Source: Treponemataceae bacterium
GTDB lineage: Bacteria > Spirochaetota > Spirochaetia > Treponematales > Rectinemataceae
Assembly (NCBI GenBank): GCA_963677895.2
Contig: CAXXGJ010000038.1
Coordinates: forward strand, 288,001-352,000
Length of the DNA: 64,000 nt
Reading direction: 5' to 3'
This document shows, piece after piece, positions 1 to 9,384 of this stretch (position 1 is its first letter; each line of letters opens with the position of its first letter). A model generated the notes under the pieces. That model had not been told where the DNA came from. It did no database searches and worked only from the letters and a program-made list of their open reading frames with translations. The translations under genes were made by a program, and so were the position numbers.

Positions 1-1
1 G

Positions 2-124
2 GTGGTAAAGCGGCCGGATTTGCTCCAGAGGATCCCCCAATATCAGATAGCCAGTTATCTTGGCATAAAGCCCGAATCCTTGAGCAGGATACGCAAGAGG
101 CTTTCCCTCCCGACGAAGGAATAA
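2..124 (+). CDS. Crp/Fnr-family transcriptional regulator, C-terminal HTH end (5'-truncated by window)
   Basis: Frame 2 reads [40 protein letters not shown]; '[15 protein letters not shown]' is the Crp-type HTH. Not in ORF track (no start in window). Confidence 0.85.
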   Translation: MVKRPDLLQRIPQYQIASYLGIKPESLSRIRKRLSLPTKE

Positions 125-141
125 AACATTTCCGATCGATC

Positions 142-155
142 TTAACCCAGATCAA
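142..155. promoter_or_regulatory. Putative Crp/Fnr-type operator TTAAC-N4-ATCAA
   Basis: Resembles the FNR box TTGAT-N4-ATCAA (right half exact); lies 17 nt after the Crp/Fnr gene stop and upstream of the next gene. Confidence 0.5.
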
Positions 156-262
156 TGACATCCATGACGATTTTGCCTATTCTTCCCCTGTCTTTCATGG
201 AGGAAGAGTATCCGCGCGGCATTCGGGAAGATAATCGTTTAATTCTTTTAAAAGGGGCTTTT

Positions 263-694
263 ATGGCAAGGAAATTCTCTCTCGCGGAACAAAAAGTAAA
301 TACTAAGCTCATCATAATGTCTGCATGGATCGCTCTGATGTGTCTCTACATTTATTGCGACATCTTTTCGCTGTTTCGGCCCGGAACCATCGACAGCATT
401 ACAAGCGGTAAGATGGGATTTCTTGATGTTTCGCAAATGAGTCTTTTTTCCGCGTCACTTCTGATGGTTATCCCAAGCATCATGATTCTCGTCTCGACGC
501 TCGCGACCGCGAGAGTATGCCGCATCATAAACATGGTCACCAGCGCGATCTACTTCCTGGTGAATATCGGTAATCTGGTCGGCGAGACCTGGGCATACTA
601 TTTTCTGTTCGGACTGCTTGAAATCGGAGTGGTCATTCTCATCTTCTTCATTTCGCTTCGCTGGCCTAAGGAGGGCGATGCGATCGTTGGTTGA
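263..694 (+). CDS. DUF6326-like small membrane protein
   Basis: ATG at 263 after AAGGGG SD-like motif; 'W...MCLYIYCDIFSLFRPG', about 4 hydrophobic segments, C-terminal 'RWP'. Confidence 0.7.
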   Translation: MARKFSLAEQKVNTKLIIMSAWIALMCLYIYCDIFSLFRPGTIDSITSGKMGFLDVSQMSLFSASLLMVIPSIMILVSTLATARVCRIINMVTSAIYFLVNIGNLVGETWAYYFLFGLLEIGVVILIFFISLRWPKEGDAIVG

Positions 695-775
695 AACCGC
701 TCTCCCTAAGCCACATATGTTCGATACCGCACAGACCGTTCCCGCTGTCCTATTTACTATTGTGGTGGGATAACG

Positions 776-2254
776 ATGATGAAAACAAACGAGCATAGAG
801 ATCGTGGCTTTCTCGACGAGATCGCGCACAGGGTAATGATTGAGCGGGGACTTGTTCCCGATTTTCCAGGAGCGGCGCTCGCCGAACTTGAGAAAATCAA
901 GGGACCGGCGATCGAATCAGGCGCGACGGCATTGAGCGATGCGCGGAATCTTCTCTGGTGCTCGCTCGACAACGACGATTCGCGCGATCTCGACCAGCTG
1001 ACCGCCGCGGAATCATCGGACAATGGCGAGGTCAGGATACTGGTGGCTATCGCCGATGTGGACGCCATCGTCAAAAAACAATCAGCCATCGATCTTCATG
1101 CGCAGCAAAACACGACATCCGTCTATACGGCTTCCGAAGTCTTTTCCATGCTTCCCGAAAAACTTTCCACGGACATCACTTCCCTCAATTTTGACGCCGA
1201 CCGCCTCGCGCTAGTGATAGAAATGACGCTCGACCCCAACGGCGCCATACAACGCTCTTCCCTTTATCGGGCGAAGGTACGCAACCGGGCTCGACTCTCC
1301 TACAACAGCGTTGCGGCCTGGCTCGACGACAGCGGCCCAATTCCGAAGGAAATCAGCGCCGTCGTCGGCATGGAGGAGAGCCTTCGCCTGCAGGATTCCA
1401 TGGCGCAGAAGATGAAAAAACTGCGACACGAGCAAGGCGCGCTCGTGTTGGAAACGATAGAGGCAAAGCCCGTTTTTCTGGGCGATACCCTTGTCAACCT
1501 GGAGCCGGAAACGCGCAACCGGGCAAAAGAAATCATAGAGGAAATCATGATAGCCACGAACGGCATAACCGTTCGTTTTCTTGCCTCCAAACATTTCCCC
1601 GCGATGCGCAGGGTCGTCCGGACGCCCAAGCGATGGGATCGAATAATGGCGATCGCCTCGGAACGCGGCACGACCTTGCCCCTCAAACCCGATCCGAAAG
1701 CGCTGGAAAATTTTCTGGCGGCATCGAAAAAGACCGACCCTCTTCATTTCCCCGACTTGTCCCTCAGTATCATCAAGCTTCTCGGCAGAGGCGAATATGT
1801 CGTCCAGACGCCAGGAAACCCTAGCGAAGGACATTTCGGCCTCGCCGTGGGGGATTACGCGCATTCCACGGCGCCGAACCGCCGCTATCCGGACCTTATC
1901 ACCCAAAGGCTGCTGAAGGCCGCCATCGAAGGACTTCCCGTCCCCTACTCTATCGAGGAACTCGAGATTCTCGCTCGGCACTGTACCGAAGCCGAGGATG
2001 CGGCTCAGAAAGTCGAGCGGCAGCTCATCAAGTCCGCGGCGGCGATCCTCCTTGAGAAAAGGATCGGCGATCGGTTCGATGCCACTGTCACCGGCGCGTC
2101 CGAGAAGGGCACGTGGGTGCGCATCACCGAGCCTCCTCTCGAAGGAAGGCTCGAACGAGGGTATGAGGGGCTGGACGTGGGGCAAACCCTGCGGGTCCAA
2201 CTGGTCGGCGCCGATGCGGAGCGCGGTTTCATAAACTTCAAACGCGTACAGTGA
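776..2254 (+). CDS. RNB-domain exoribonuclease (RNase II/R family, short form)
   Basis: [12 protein letters not shown] acidic motif, [26 protein letters not shown]-terminal S1-like region. Confidence 0.9.
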   Translation: MMKTNEHRDRGFLDEIAHRVMIERGLVPDFPGAALAELEKIKGPAIESGATALSDARNLLWCSLDNDDSRDLDQLTAAESSDNGEVRILVAIADVDAIVKKQSAIDLHAQQNTTSVYTASEVFSMLPEKLSTDITSLNFDADRLALVIEMTLDPNGAIQRSSLYRAKVRNRARLSYNSVAAWLDDSGPIPKEISAVVGMEESLRLQDSMAQKMKKLRHEQGALVLETIEAKPVFLGDTLVNLEPETRNRAKEIIEEIMIATNGITVRFLASKHFPAMRRVVRTPKRWDRIMAIASERGTTLPLKPDPKALENFLAASKKTDPLHFPDLSLSIIKLLGRGEYVVQTPGNPSEGHFGLAVGDYAHSTAPNRRYPDLITQRLLKAAIEGLPVPYSIEELEILARHCTEAEDAAQKVERQLIKSAAAILLEKRIGDRFDATVTGASEKGTWVRITEPPLEGRLERGYEGLDVGQTLRVQLVGADAERGFINFKRVQ

Positions 2255-2273
2255 TTTTTCAAAGGAGTCCATC

Positions 2274-3098
2274 TTGAGCATTATCGCTATGAAAGACGGC
2301 ACGAAAATTTATTATAAGGATTGGGGCAGCGGGCAACCCGTGGTTTTCTGTCACGGCTGGCCCCTCAATTCCGACAGCTGGGAAGCGCAGATGGTATTCC
2401 TCGCTTCCAATGGATTCCGCTGCGTCGCGCACGATCGAAGAGGGCATGGCCGCTCGGAACAAAGCTGGATTGGCAATGACATGGATACCTATGCCGACGA
2501 TCTTTCGACGCTCATCGAAACGCTCGATCTGAAAGACTTGGTCCTGGTCGGGTTCTCAGCTGGCGGCGGCGAAGCCGTCCGCTATATCGGCCGCCATGGC
2601 ACGAAGCGAGTGTCCAGGCTCGCGCTGATAGCCGCCGTCCCTCCCCTGATGCTTAAAACGCCAAGCAATCCGAAAGGTCTGCCGATCGAGGCGTTCGACG
2701 CGATTCGCGCCAACTCCATCGCCGACCGTTCCCAATGCTACCGCGACATCGCCTCAGGTCCCTTTTTTGGCGCGAATCGCGCCGGATCGAAGGTGTCCCA
2801 GGGAATGATAGATTCGTTCTGGCTTCAAGGTATGCAGGCAGGCCACAAGAATACGCTGGACTGCATCGCGGCTTTCTCCGAAACCGATTTCACCGAAGAC
2901 CTGAAGAAAATCGATGTGCCGACGCTGATCATTCACGGGGACGATGATCAGATAGTCCCGATCGGGGCTTCCGCCCTTCGCTCCACCGCGCTTATCAAGA
3001 ACGCCACGTTGAAAATCTACCCCGGCGCGCCGCACGGACTTTCCTATACGCACCAGGCAAAGCTCAACGCCGACCTTCTGGCTTTTCTCAAAAAATGA
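2274..3098 (+). CDS. cpo: Non-heme chloroperoxidase / perhydrolase-type alpha/beta hydrolase
   Basis: TTG start after AGGAG; HGWP oxyanion loop, [15 protein letters not shown] nucleophile elbow, [14 protein letters not shown]. Confidence 0.9.
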   Translation: MSIIAMKDGTKIYYKDWGSGQPVVFCHGWPLNSDSWEAQMVFLASNGFRCVAHDRRGHGRSEQSWIGNDMDTYADDLSTLIETLDLKDLVLVGFSAGGGEAVRYIGRHGTKRVSRLALIAAVPPLMLKTPSNPKGLPIEAFDAIRANSIADRSQCYRDIASGPFFGANRAGSKVSQGMIDSFWLQGMQAGHKNTLDCIAAFSETDFTEDLKKIDVPTLIIHGDDDQIVPIGASALRSTALIKNATLKIYPGAPHGLSYTHQAKLNADLLAFLKK

Positions 3099-3114
3099 AA
3101 AAGGAGTAAAAAGA

Positions 3115-3750
3115 ATGGATACTGACAAGACCCAAAAAGCGACCGTCATCGTTCTTCCGCCTCTGCCTTATTCGGATAGCGCGCTCTCCCCGGTAATTTC
3201 CGCGGAGACAATCGGCTTTCACTATGGCAAGCACCACAAAGCCTATGTCGACAACCTGAACAAGTTCATCGCTGGAACGGAACTTTCGGCGTTGACGCTC
3301 GAGGAAATCATCCTTCGGACAGCCGGGAAGACCGATAAAGCGGCGATCTTCAACAACGCGGCCCAGGCATGGAACCACGCATTCTATTGGCGCAGTCTCG
3401 CTCCCCTCTCCGGCGCCGAGCCTTCCGCCGCGTTGAAGAAGAAAATCGACGCCTCGTTCGGTTCCCTGGACGCCTGCAAAAAAGAGTTGCTGGCCGCGGC
3501 TACCGGTCAGTTCGGCAGCGGCTGGGCTTGGCTCGTTTTAGACGGCGGCACGTTGAAGGTAGTGAAGACGGGCAATGCCGAGACGCCGATGACGTCGGGG
3601 TTGAAGCCGCTGCTGACCATCGACGTTTGGGAACACGCGTACTATCTGGATTACCAGAATAGGCGCGCGGACTATGTCGGCCTGGTTCTGGAAAAACTTA
3701 TGAACTGGGAATTCGCCGAATCCAATCTGTCATCCAATCTATCGAACTGA
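3115..3750 (+). CDS. sodB: Superoxide dismutase, Fe-type
   Basis: [16 protein letters not shown] (AAQ = Fe-type signature), [16 protein letters not shown]. Confidence 0.93.
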   Translation: MDTDKTQKATVIVLPPLPYSDSALSPVISAETIGFHYGKHHKAYVDNLNKFIAGTELSALTLEEIILRTAGKTDKAAIFNNAAQAWNHAFYWRSLAPLSGAEPSAALKKKIDASFGSLDACKKELLAAATGQFGSGWAWLVLDGGTLKVVKTGNAETPMTSGLKPLLTIDVWEHAYYLDYQNRRADYVGLVLEKLMNWEFAESNLSSNLSN

Positions 3751-3774
3751 TCATGAGATTATAGGAGAACGCAT

Positions 3775-4239
3775 ATGAAAGGAAATGAAAAGGTAATCGA
3801 GAAAATGAATGCGCTGCTCAGCGATGAGCTGGCCGCGTCGAACCAGTACATTCTCCACGCCGAGATTTGCGCGAACTGGAAGTATAGGAAACTGCATGAT
3901 TCCATGCAGAAGCGCGCGATCGATGAGATGAAACACGCGGAAAAACTCATCGAACGCATCCTCTTCCTCGAAGGGCGACCTGTCGTCAGCAAACTCGGCG
4001 CGATCAACATAGGCATCGATGTCGAGGAGATATTCAAGAAAGACTGGGCCGCGGAAAAGAAAGCCATCGACGATTACAACGGAGCTATAAAGACGGCTCA
4101 GGATCTCGGCGACAACGGAACGAAGGAACTTCTTGACTCCATACTGGGTGACGAAGAATCGCATATCGACGTGATCGAGGCGCAACGCGACCAGATCGCC
4201 CAGATGGGCATAGCCACCTATCTCAGCCAGCAGATTTAA
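3775..4239 (+). CDS. bfr: Bacterioferritin
   Basis: MKG start, EL.A.NQY, IDEMKHAEKLIERILFLEG with heme-ligand Met, DEESHID ferroxidase ligands; SD AGGAG. Confidence 0.93.
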   Translation: MKGNEKVIEKMNALLSDELAASNQYILHAEICANWKYRKLHDSMQKRAIDEMKHAEKLIERILFLEGRPVVSKLGAINIGIDVEEIFKKDWAAEKKAIDDYNGAIKTAQDLGDNGTKELLDSILGDEESHIDVIEAQRDQIAQMGIATYLSQQI

Positions 4240-4250
4240 GGAGCCGATCC

Positions 4251-4856
4251 ATGAAAATCGCGATTGTCTTTTATTCGATGTACGGCCATATGTATCAGAT
4301 GTCGAAGGCTGCCGAGGAAGGCGCGAAAAGCGCGGGAGCGGAAGTGAAGCTCCTGCGCATCGCCGAGACGCTGTCGCCCGACATACTCTCCATCACGCAC
4401 TCGATCGAGGCTCAAAAAGCCTTCGCGGGTGTGGCTCTCGTCGCGCCGGAAGACCTCGAATGGGCTGACGGCATCATTTTCGGCGTGCCCACCCGATACG
4501 GGAATATGCCGAGCCAGGTGGCCGCTTTCTTCGATTCCACCGGACCGGTATGGGGACGCGGGGGTCTCGTGGGCAAAGTGGGATCCGTTATGAGTTCGAG
4601 CGCTACCCAGCACGGCGGCGCCGTCACGACGATTCATCACGTGCATAGCACGCTCCTCGCCCACGGCATGGTCGTCGCCGGCCTGCCCTACGCGAAATAT
4701 CCGCCCCTTTTCGACACCACGGAAGTCAATGGCGGTTCGGTTTTCGGCGCGACGACCATAGCCGGCGGCGACGGCGCCAGGATGCCGAGCGAACACGAGC
4801 TCGGAGCCGCGAAGGCGCAGGGCGCGTGGATCGCCGAGCTGGCTGGCCGCATTTAG
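4251..4856 (+). CDS. wrbA: NAD(P)H:quinone oxidoreductase WrbA
   Basis: FYSMYGH, DGIIFGVPTRYGNM, ATQHGG, GGS.FGATT motifs. Confidence 0.92.
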   Translation: MKIAIVFYSMYGHMYQMSKAAEEGAKSAGAEVKLLRIAETLSPDILSITHSIEAQKAFAGVALVAPEDLEWADGIIFGVPTRYGNMPSQVAAFFDSTGPVWGRGGLVGKVGSVMSSSATQHGGAVTTIHHVHSTLLAHGMVVAGLPYAKYPPLFDTTEVNGGSVFGATTIAGGDGARMPSEHELGAAKAQGAWIAELAGRI

Positions 4857-5980
4857 AGATATTGGCCGAGTCGGCCAGCTGAAAGCTCTTCGTAGGCCGG
4901 CAGCCCCTCCACGACGAGAGGTTTTTCAGGATTCTGGTTCGTAAAGGTGCCAAAGACGGCCGCTACCGACGCCACATGCCTGCCCACTCTCGTCGAGAGC
5001 GGCCAACCCTTCTCGTCGAAAGGCACGAAGAGTCGCCCGAGCTTCTGCGCGCGAACGTACATCTCGTCCTTGCCTTCCAGTATGAGGGCTTCGTCGGTCT
5101 TGCCCCGAAGCCTGCCCTGCGATGGATTGGTATCCTCCAGCAAGATGGCCAGCGTATTGGTGGCGTCGCCCAGTTCACGGTGAGAAAGGCCACGAAGGCT
5201 TTTCGGCGACGGTTCGAGGCCCATCGTTATGTCCTGGAACTCGAGATCGAGCAAGACTTCCGAGGCCAGGGGCATCGCTCGTTCGTGGGCCACTATCGCG
5301 TTGATCACAGGGTACTCCGGCGACGCCTCATGGAGATCTATGGTTATGTCGATGGCTTCCTTCTCGATGAGGCTCGTGATCGCGTAGGCGACCTTTTCGG
5401 TGAAGGTGCCGTTGGGCCTGCCGGGATAGGCCCGATTCAGGTTCCTCGTCTCCGAGCCCGAAAGCTGCTGGCCAGAGGCCGCGTGGATGTAGATGTCCGG
5501 GTCGGGCCACTGGTCTATGGGGTTCGTGGCCCTCGATCCGAAGCGGAAACTGCGTTTTCCGGAAGCGGCCTCTATCGTGATGCTGTGCGGCGTGCCTTCC
5601 ATAGGATCGGCGTGCGTGAGTCCCGAGGCGTTCGCTTGGGGTATGACGAAGAGGCGCCCCTCCGCGGGGACGGCGTTCTCGACGAGAACGATGGCGGCCA
5701 TGAAGCCCGCCGGTTCGTTCCCATGGGTCCCGCCGAGCACCAGGGCGCTGCCGCCGGGTTTTCCGGAATCGAGAATATAGACATCGGTATCGCCCACCGT
5801 GCCCTTTATTCCCGCGAAATATTCCGAGAGATGCGCGATTCGGGTCACGCCGGGCCCTTTCCGTATGACGTCGGGTTCGCGCATCGCGAGATAGCTCGGT
5901 GACGCGATTCCTATGACCGCGGCGGCGCAGGCCAGGAGGAAGATTGAGACGTAGGTGTTTTGTTTTTTGTTGAGTTCCAT
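4853..5980 (-). CDS. Succinylglutamate desuccinylase/aspartoacylase (M14-like Zn deacylase) with N-terminal membrane anchor or signal
   Basis: GGTHGNE, RNLNRAYPG and IDLHE motifs; hydrophobic N-terminus; SD GAGGAG. Confidence 0.85.
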   Translation of the reverse strand: MELNKKQNTYVSIFLLACAAAVIGIASPSYLAMREPDVIRKGPGVTRIAHLSEYFAGIKGTVGDTDVYILDSGKPGGSALVLGGTHGNEPAGFMAAIVLVENAVPAEGRLFVIPQANASGLTHADPMEGTPHSITIEAASGKRSFRFGSRATNPIDQWPDPDIYIHAASGQQLSGSETRNLNRAYPGRPNGTFTEKVAYAITSLIEKEAIDITIDLHEASPEYPVINAIVAHERAMPLASEVLLDLEFQDITMGLEPSPKSLRGLSHRELGDATNTLAILLEDTNPSQGRLRGKTDEALILEGKDEMYVRAQKLGRLFVPFDEKGWPLSTRVGRHVASVAAVFGTFTNQNPEKPLVVEGLPAYEELSAGRLGQYL

Positions 5981-5999
5981 TTTGTGTTTCCTCCTCGCT

Positions 6000-6146
6000 T
6001 TAGACTATCATCAAGGCGCGCAGCACGAGCGGGATGATGACGATGGCCGCGTTCATCTTCAGCTTGAGATCCTTCTGGGAAAAAAGTTCGACCACGACGA
6101 AGCCAGCCGCGGCCACGGTGATGATGCGATAACATATGGTAAGCAT
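6000..6146 (-). CDS. 48-aa two-helix membrane microprotein (below ORF-track cutoff)
   Basis: MLTICYRIITVAAAGFVVVELFSQKDLKLKMNAAIVIIPLVLRALMIV*; starts 3 nt after the permease stop with GGGAG upstream, and fills the gap to the SD of the deacylase gene. Confidence 0.7.
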   Translation of the reverse strand: MLTICYRIITVAAAGFVVVELFSQKDLKLKMNAAIVIIPLVLRALMIV

Positions 6147-6149
6147 AGA

Positions 6150-7424
6150 TTACACTCCCAAGAACTTTCCGATGGGGTTCGCGAAAATGATCACGACGAC
6201 TCCAACGATGACTGTCAGAACTGCTGGCAGCGCGCAATAGCGGTTGATGCGTCCATATTTCGGCTCGCCGATGAGGCCCGCGGTCACGACCGGCGTGAGG
6301 GCGACTGGCGGCATATAGCTGCCTATGGCCGCGATGAGAGAGAGCGCCGAAAGTACGACGATTTGGTTCTTGCCGAGGAGAGCCAAGGCGAAGGGCACTC
6401 CGAGAATGGACGCCGCGCCGAACACCGAGATGCCACCGAAAAGCGGAATGATGAGGGCGATGCTCACCAGCATGAGCGATGAGGGAAGAGACAGCGCCGC
6501 CACGACGATGCCGCCCCGCATGCCGGTCAACGTCATCACCTCGATGAGCATGCCGACGCCGAAGAGCAGCCCCACGACGGGAAGAATGTCCGAGATGCCT
6601 TGTTGCGCGACCTTGAAAATTTTGAAGCGCTTGCCCGTCACGATTCCGATGAGCGTGCCGATGAGAAAAGTCAAAGGCAGCATGAGGTCGGGGAACCAGC
6701 GCGGAAAGGCCTTGGGTCCGATCATGAGGACGATGACGACAATCAGGGGAATATAGATGGTCCAGCCGGTTTTCTCTTTCGTCTTCCTGTTCTCGGCGAC
6801 GACTATGGAGAGTTTATTCCTGTCTACGTACCTGTAGCCAATGTAGAGCGTCGTGAGAATGGCGAGAGGAAAGGTGATGAGGGCTAGTATGCCGTCGAAG
6901 CCGACATAGGGCAGGTCTATGCCGCCGCCGATGATCATGACGGGGATGTTGACGGGCGGAGCGATCATGCCGAACACCGAGGCGCTGGTGATGACGGCGC
7001 CGGCCACGGCCAGAGGCATGCCCATCTGCATAAGTATGGGCGCGACGAGGGCGCCCGTTCCGAGCACCGACGCCGTGCAGGAACCCGTGATCATGCCGGG
7101 GAACATAATGATGATGGTCAAGGCGACGAGGAGAAGCAGCGGAGATCGGCCGAAGGCCGAGATGACCGCGCGGGTGAGTTCGGCGAGCATGCCGTTCGCC
7201 TCGATGACCTTGATGAAAACCATCGCCGTGATGAGGACGAGACAGGTGTCCAGATAGCCGAACATGCCTTCCACGAGCTTGTCGAGGGGAAAACCCGCGC
7301 CGGCCACCAAAGCCACCACGATCGAGGTGATGACGAGGCTGAGAGAGGCGGGAAGCTTCGCGAGAAGGACGAGGAGGACAAAACAGGCTATCATCAAGCC
7401 GAGCAGCAGAAGATAGGTTGTCAT
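6150..7424 (-). CDS. TRAP DctM-like / ion-transporter superfamily permease
   Basis: About 12 TM segments, 'FPGMITGS' and 'GMIAPPVNIP' motifs; likely ATG at 7424 after GAAAGG (ORF track extends to 7451). Confidence 0.75.
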   Translation of the reverse strand: MTTYLLLLGLMIACFVLLVLLAKLPASLSLVITSIVVALVAGAGFPLDKLVEGMFGYLDTCLVLITAMVFIKVIEANGMLAELTRAVISAFGRSPLLLLVALTIIIMFPGMITGSCTASVLGTGALVAPILMQMGMPLAVAGAVITSASVFGMIAPPVNIPVMIIGGGIDLPYVGFDGILALITFPLAILTTLYIGYRYVDRNKLSIVVAENRKTKEKTGWTIYIPLIVVIVLMIGPKAFPRWFPDLMLPLTFLIGTLIGIVTGKRFKIFKVAQQGISDILPVVGLLFGVGMLIEVMTLTGMRGGIVVAALSLPSSLMLVSIALIIPLFGGISVFGAASILGVPFALALLGKNQIVVLSALSLIAAIGSYMPPVALTPVVTAGLIGEPKYGRINRYCALPAVLTVIVGVVVIIFANPIGKFLGV

Positions 7425-7481
7425 CTGAGTCCGCCTTTCATCGTAAACCATTTCATGAGAATGACCTTCCTTTCGATGAAT

Positions 7482-7511
7482 ATGGGTGCCGCTACGTTAG
7501 GCGGCACCCAT
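7482..7511. terminator. GC-rich hairpin between ggt and permease
   Basis: 11-bp perfect inverted repeat ATGGGTGCCGC-N8-GCGGCACCCAT with a poor U-tract, so it may be a stabiliser or partial terminator. Confidence 0.5.
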
Positions 7512-7539
7512 TAAACGCTATGGTGCTAGAGAGAATAGT

Positions 7540-9225
7540 TTAGAAGGCCGCAGCCTGTCCATCACGTCGGGGGTCGGCGCCTCCATGAAGGATACCAGCG
7601 GTATAATCGTAGAGGACGGCGTGCACGCCGCCGAAATAGGCATCCCAGTCACCGCGAACCGTGACCGTATGGCCCAGCTTCTTGAGCGCTTCGTAGGTGT
7701 TAATGGAATAGCGGCCTTCGAGATTGAGGGCGCCTGAAGCCATCTGGAAGACTCTGGGAGCGAGAATGGCTTCCTGGATGGGCATGCCGAAATCGATCAC
7801 GTTGGAGATGACCTGCGCGACCGTCGGGAAGATGCGCGTCGCGCCGGGAGAGCCGAGCGTCATGAAGGATCTTCCCTGGGGATCGAGGACGAGGGTCGGG
7901 CTGATGCTGGAGAGGGGACGCTTGCCGGGTTCGACGGAGTTGACGGAGCCGGGAGTCGGCACGAAATCGTCCATCTCGTCGTTCATGATGATGCCCGTGC
8001 CGGGAACGACGACGCCCGAACCGAAGAAGTAGTTGATCGTCTTGGTAATGCTCACCATGTTGCCTTCCCTGTCCATGACGGCGAGGCTCGTCGTGGAGCC
8101 GGATTCGTATTTGGAGGGATCACCGGCGGTGGCGGAGGCCATGGGTTTGGCGACGTCGATCTTGGCGGCGAGGGTTTTCGCGTACTCTTTGGACGTGAGG
8201 CCGGCGAGGGGAACTTTCACGAAATCGGTGTCAGCCATGTACTTGGAGCGGTCCGCGAAGGTCATCTTAAGCGTCTCGGCCCATAGGTGGGCGTTGGCCG
8301 CCGAACCCTGGACGGATTTCGCGACATCGAAATTCTCCATGATGTTGAGCATTTCTATAAGATGCGTCCCGCCCGAAGATGCGGGGGGAACGGAGAGAAT
8401 CCTATATCCGCGGTAGGTGCCCACGACGGGTTCACGAATCTTCACCTCGTAGTTCGCGAGGTCTTCCATCGTCATGATTCCGCCGCGTTTCTGGACTTCG
8501 GCGACGATCGCCTGGGCAATTTCGCCCTTATAGATGGCGTCTTCGCCGTAGATCCCGACCTTCGCAAGGGTGTTCGCGTAATCCAGGTTGGTGAAGGTGT
8601 CACCTATTTCATAGGGAAGCCCTTCGTTCAGGAAAATCTTCGCGCCTTCCTCATACTGCACGAGCTTCTTGTAATTATCATTGATGATCTGGGCAAGGTT
8701 GACCGTTACGGGCACGCCCTTCAGCGCCCAGCCGATGGCCGGCTGCACGAGATCCATACGCGATAGATTTCCCGAACCGAAATGATCAAAGGCATAGAGA
8801 AGGCCCTTCACTTCGCCGGGCACGCCGATGGAAAGTCCGCCCTCGAAGGTGGAGCCGGGAATGACTTTCCCGTCCTTTCCTAGATACATCGTCGGGGTGG
8901 AGGCTCCAGGGGCGCATTCGCGGAAGTCGACGACTACGGCCTTGTCCATGTTGGCCATCTTGATGATCATGAATCCGCCGCCGCCTACGCCGGAAGCGTT
9001 GGGTTCCAGGACGTGGAGCGCGAATGCCGTGGCGACGGCGGCGTCGACGGCGTTTCCGCCTTTCTTGAGAATATCGATGCCTACCTGCGAGGCTTCCGGT
9101 TTCGCCGCGGCGACTACGCCATTTTTACCTTGGGCGCCACGGCCATAGAGATTGACGGGCGTCTGGGCAAAGGCTGCGGATATACCAGCGGTCAGTAAAA
9201 TGAAGATTGCCAACAATTTTTTCAT
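7540..9225 (-). CDS. ggt: Gamma-glutamyltransferase (exported)
   Basis: Signal peptide (AFA), GGNAVDAAVA, SGVGGGGF, autoprocessing site ESGS|TTS, KRPLSS, GSPGA, GGADPRRDG. Confidence 0.95.
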   Translation of the reverse strand: MKKLLAIFILLTAGISAAFAQTPVNLYGRGAQGKNGVVAAAKPEASQVGIDILKKGGNAVDAAVATAFALHVLEPNASGVGGGGFMIIKMANMDKAVVVDFRECAPGASTPTMYLGKDGKVIPGSTFEGGLSIGVPGEVKGLLYAFDHFGSGNLSRMDLVQPAIGWALKGVPVTVNLAQIINDNYKKLVQYEEGAKIFLNEGLPYEIGDTFTNLDYANTLAKVGIYGEDAIYKGEIAQAIVAEVQKRGGIMTMEDLANYEVKIREPVVGTYRGYRILSVPPASSGGTHLIEMLNIMENFDVAKSVQGSAANAHLWAETLKMTFADRSKYMADTDFVKVPLAGLTSKEYAKTLAAKIDVAKPMASATAGDPSKYESGSTTSLAVMDREGNMVSITKTINYFFGSGVVVPGTGIIMNDEMDDFVPTPGSVNSVEPGKRPLSSISPTLVLDPQGRSFMTLGSPGATRIFPTVAQVISNVIDFGMPIQEAILAPRVFQMASGALNLEGRYSINTYEALKKLGHTVTVRGDWDAYFGGVHAVLYDYTAGILHGGADPRRDGQAAAF

Positions 9226-9384
9226 TCACTCCTCCCTTTTAAAATAAAAGTTCACGAACGGCTCAATGATGGGGCGGGCTCTCCCTTCCTGTCAAGGGAA
9301 ATCCCGACCAAATATGAGGATTGGGCCTTGTGAATATTGGCTATTCAGGAATCTCGGGAAGCTCGTGAATATTTTTACTAAGAA

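Noticed and set aside
9331..9347. ArgR (ARG) box
   Set aside because: Half-site spacing (7 nt between TGAAT and ATTCA) does not match the 4-nt ARG-box spacing; kept only as an unassigned palindrome.
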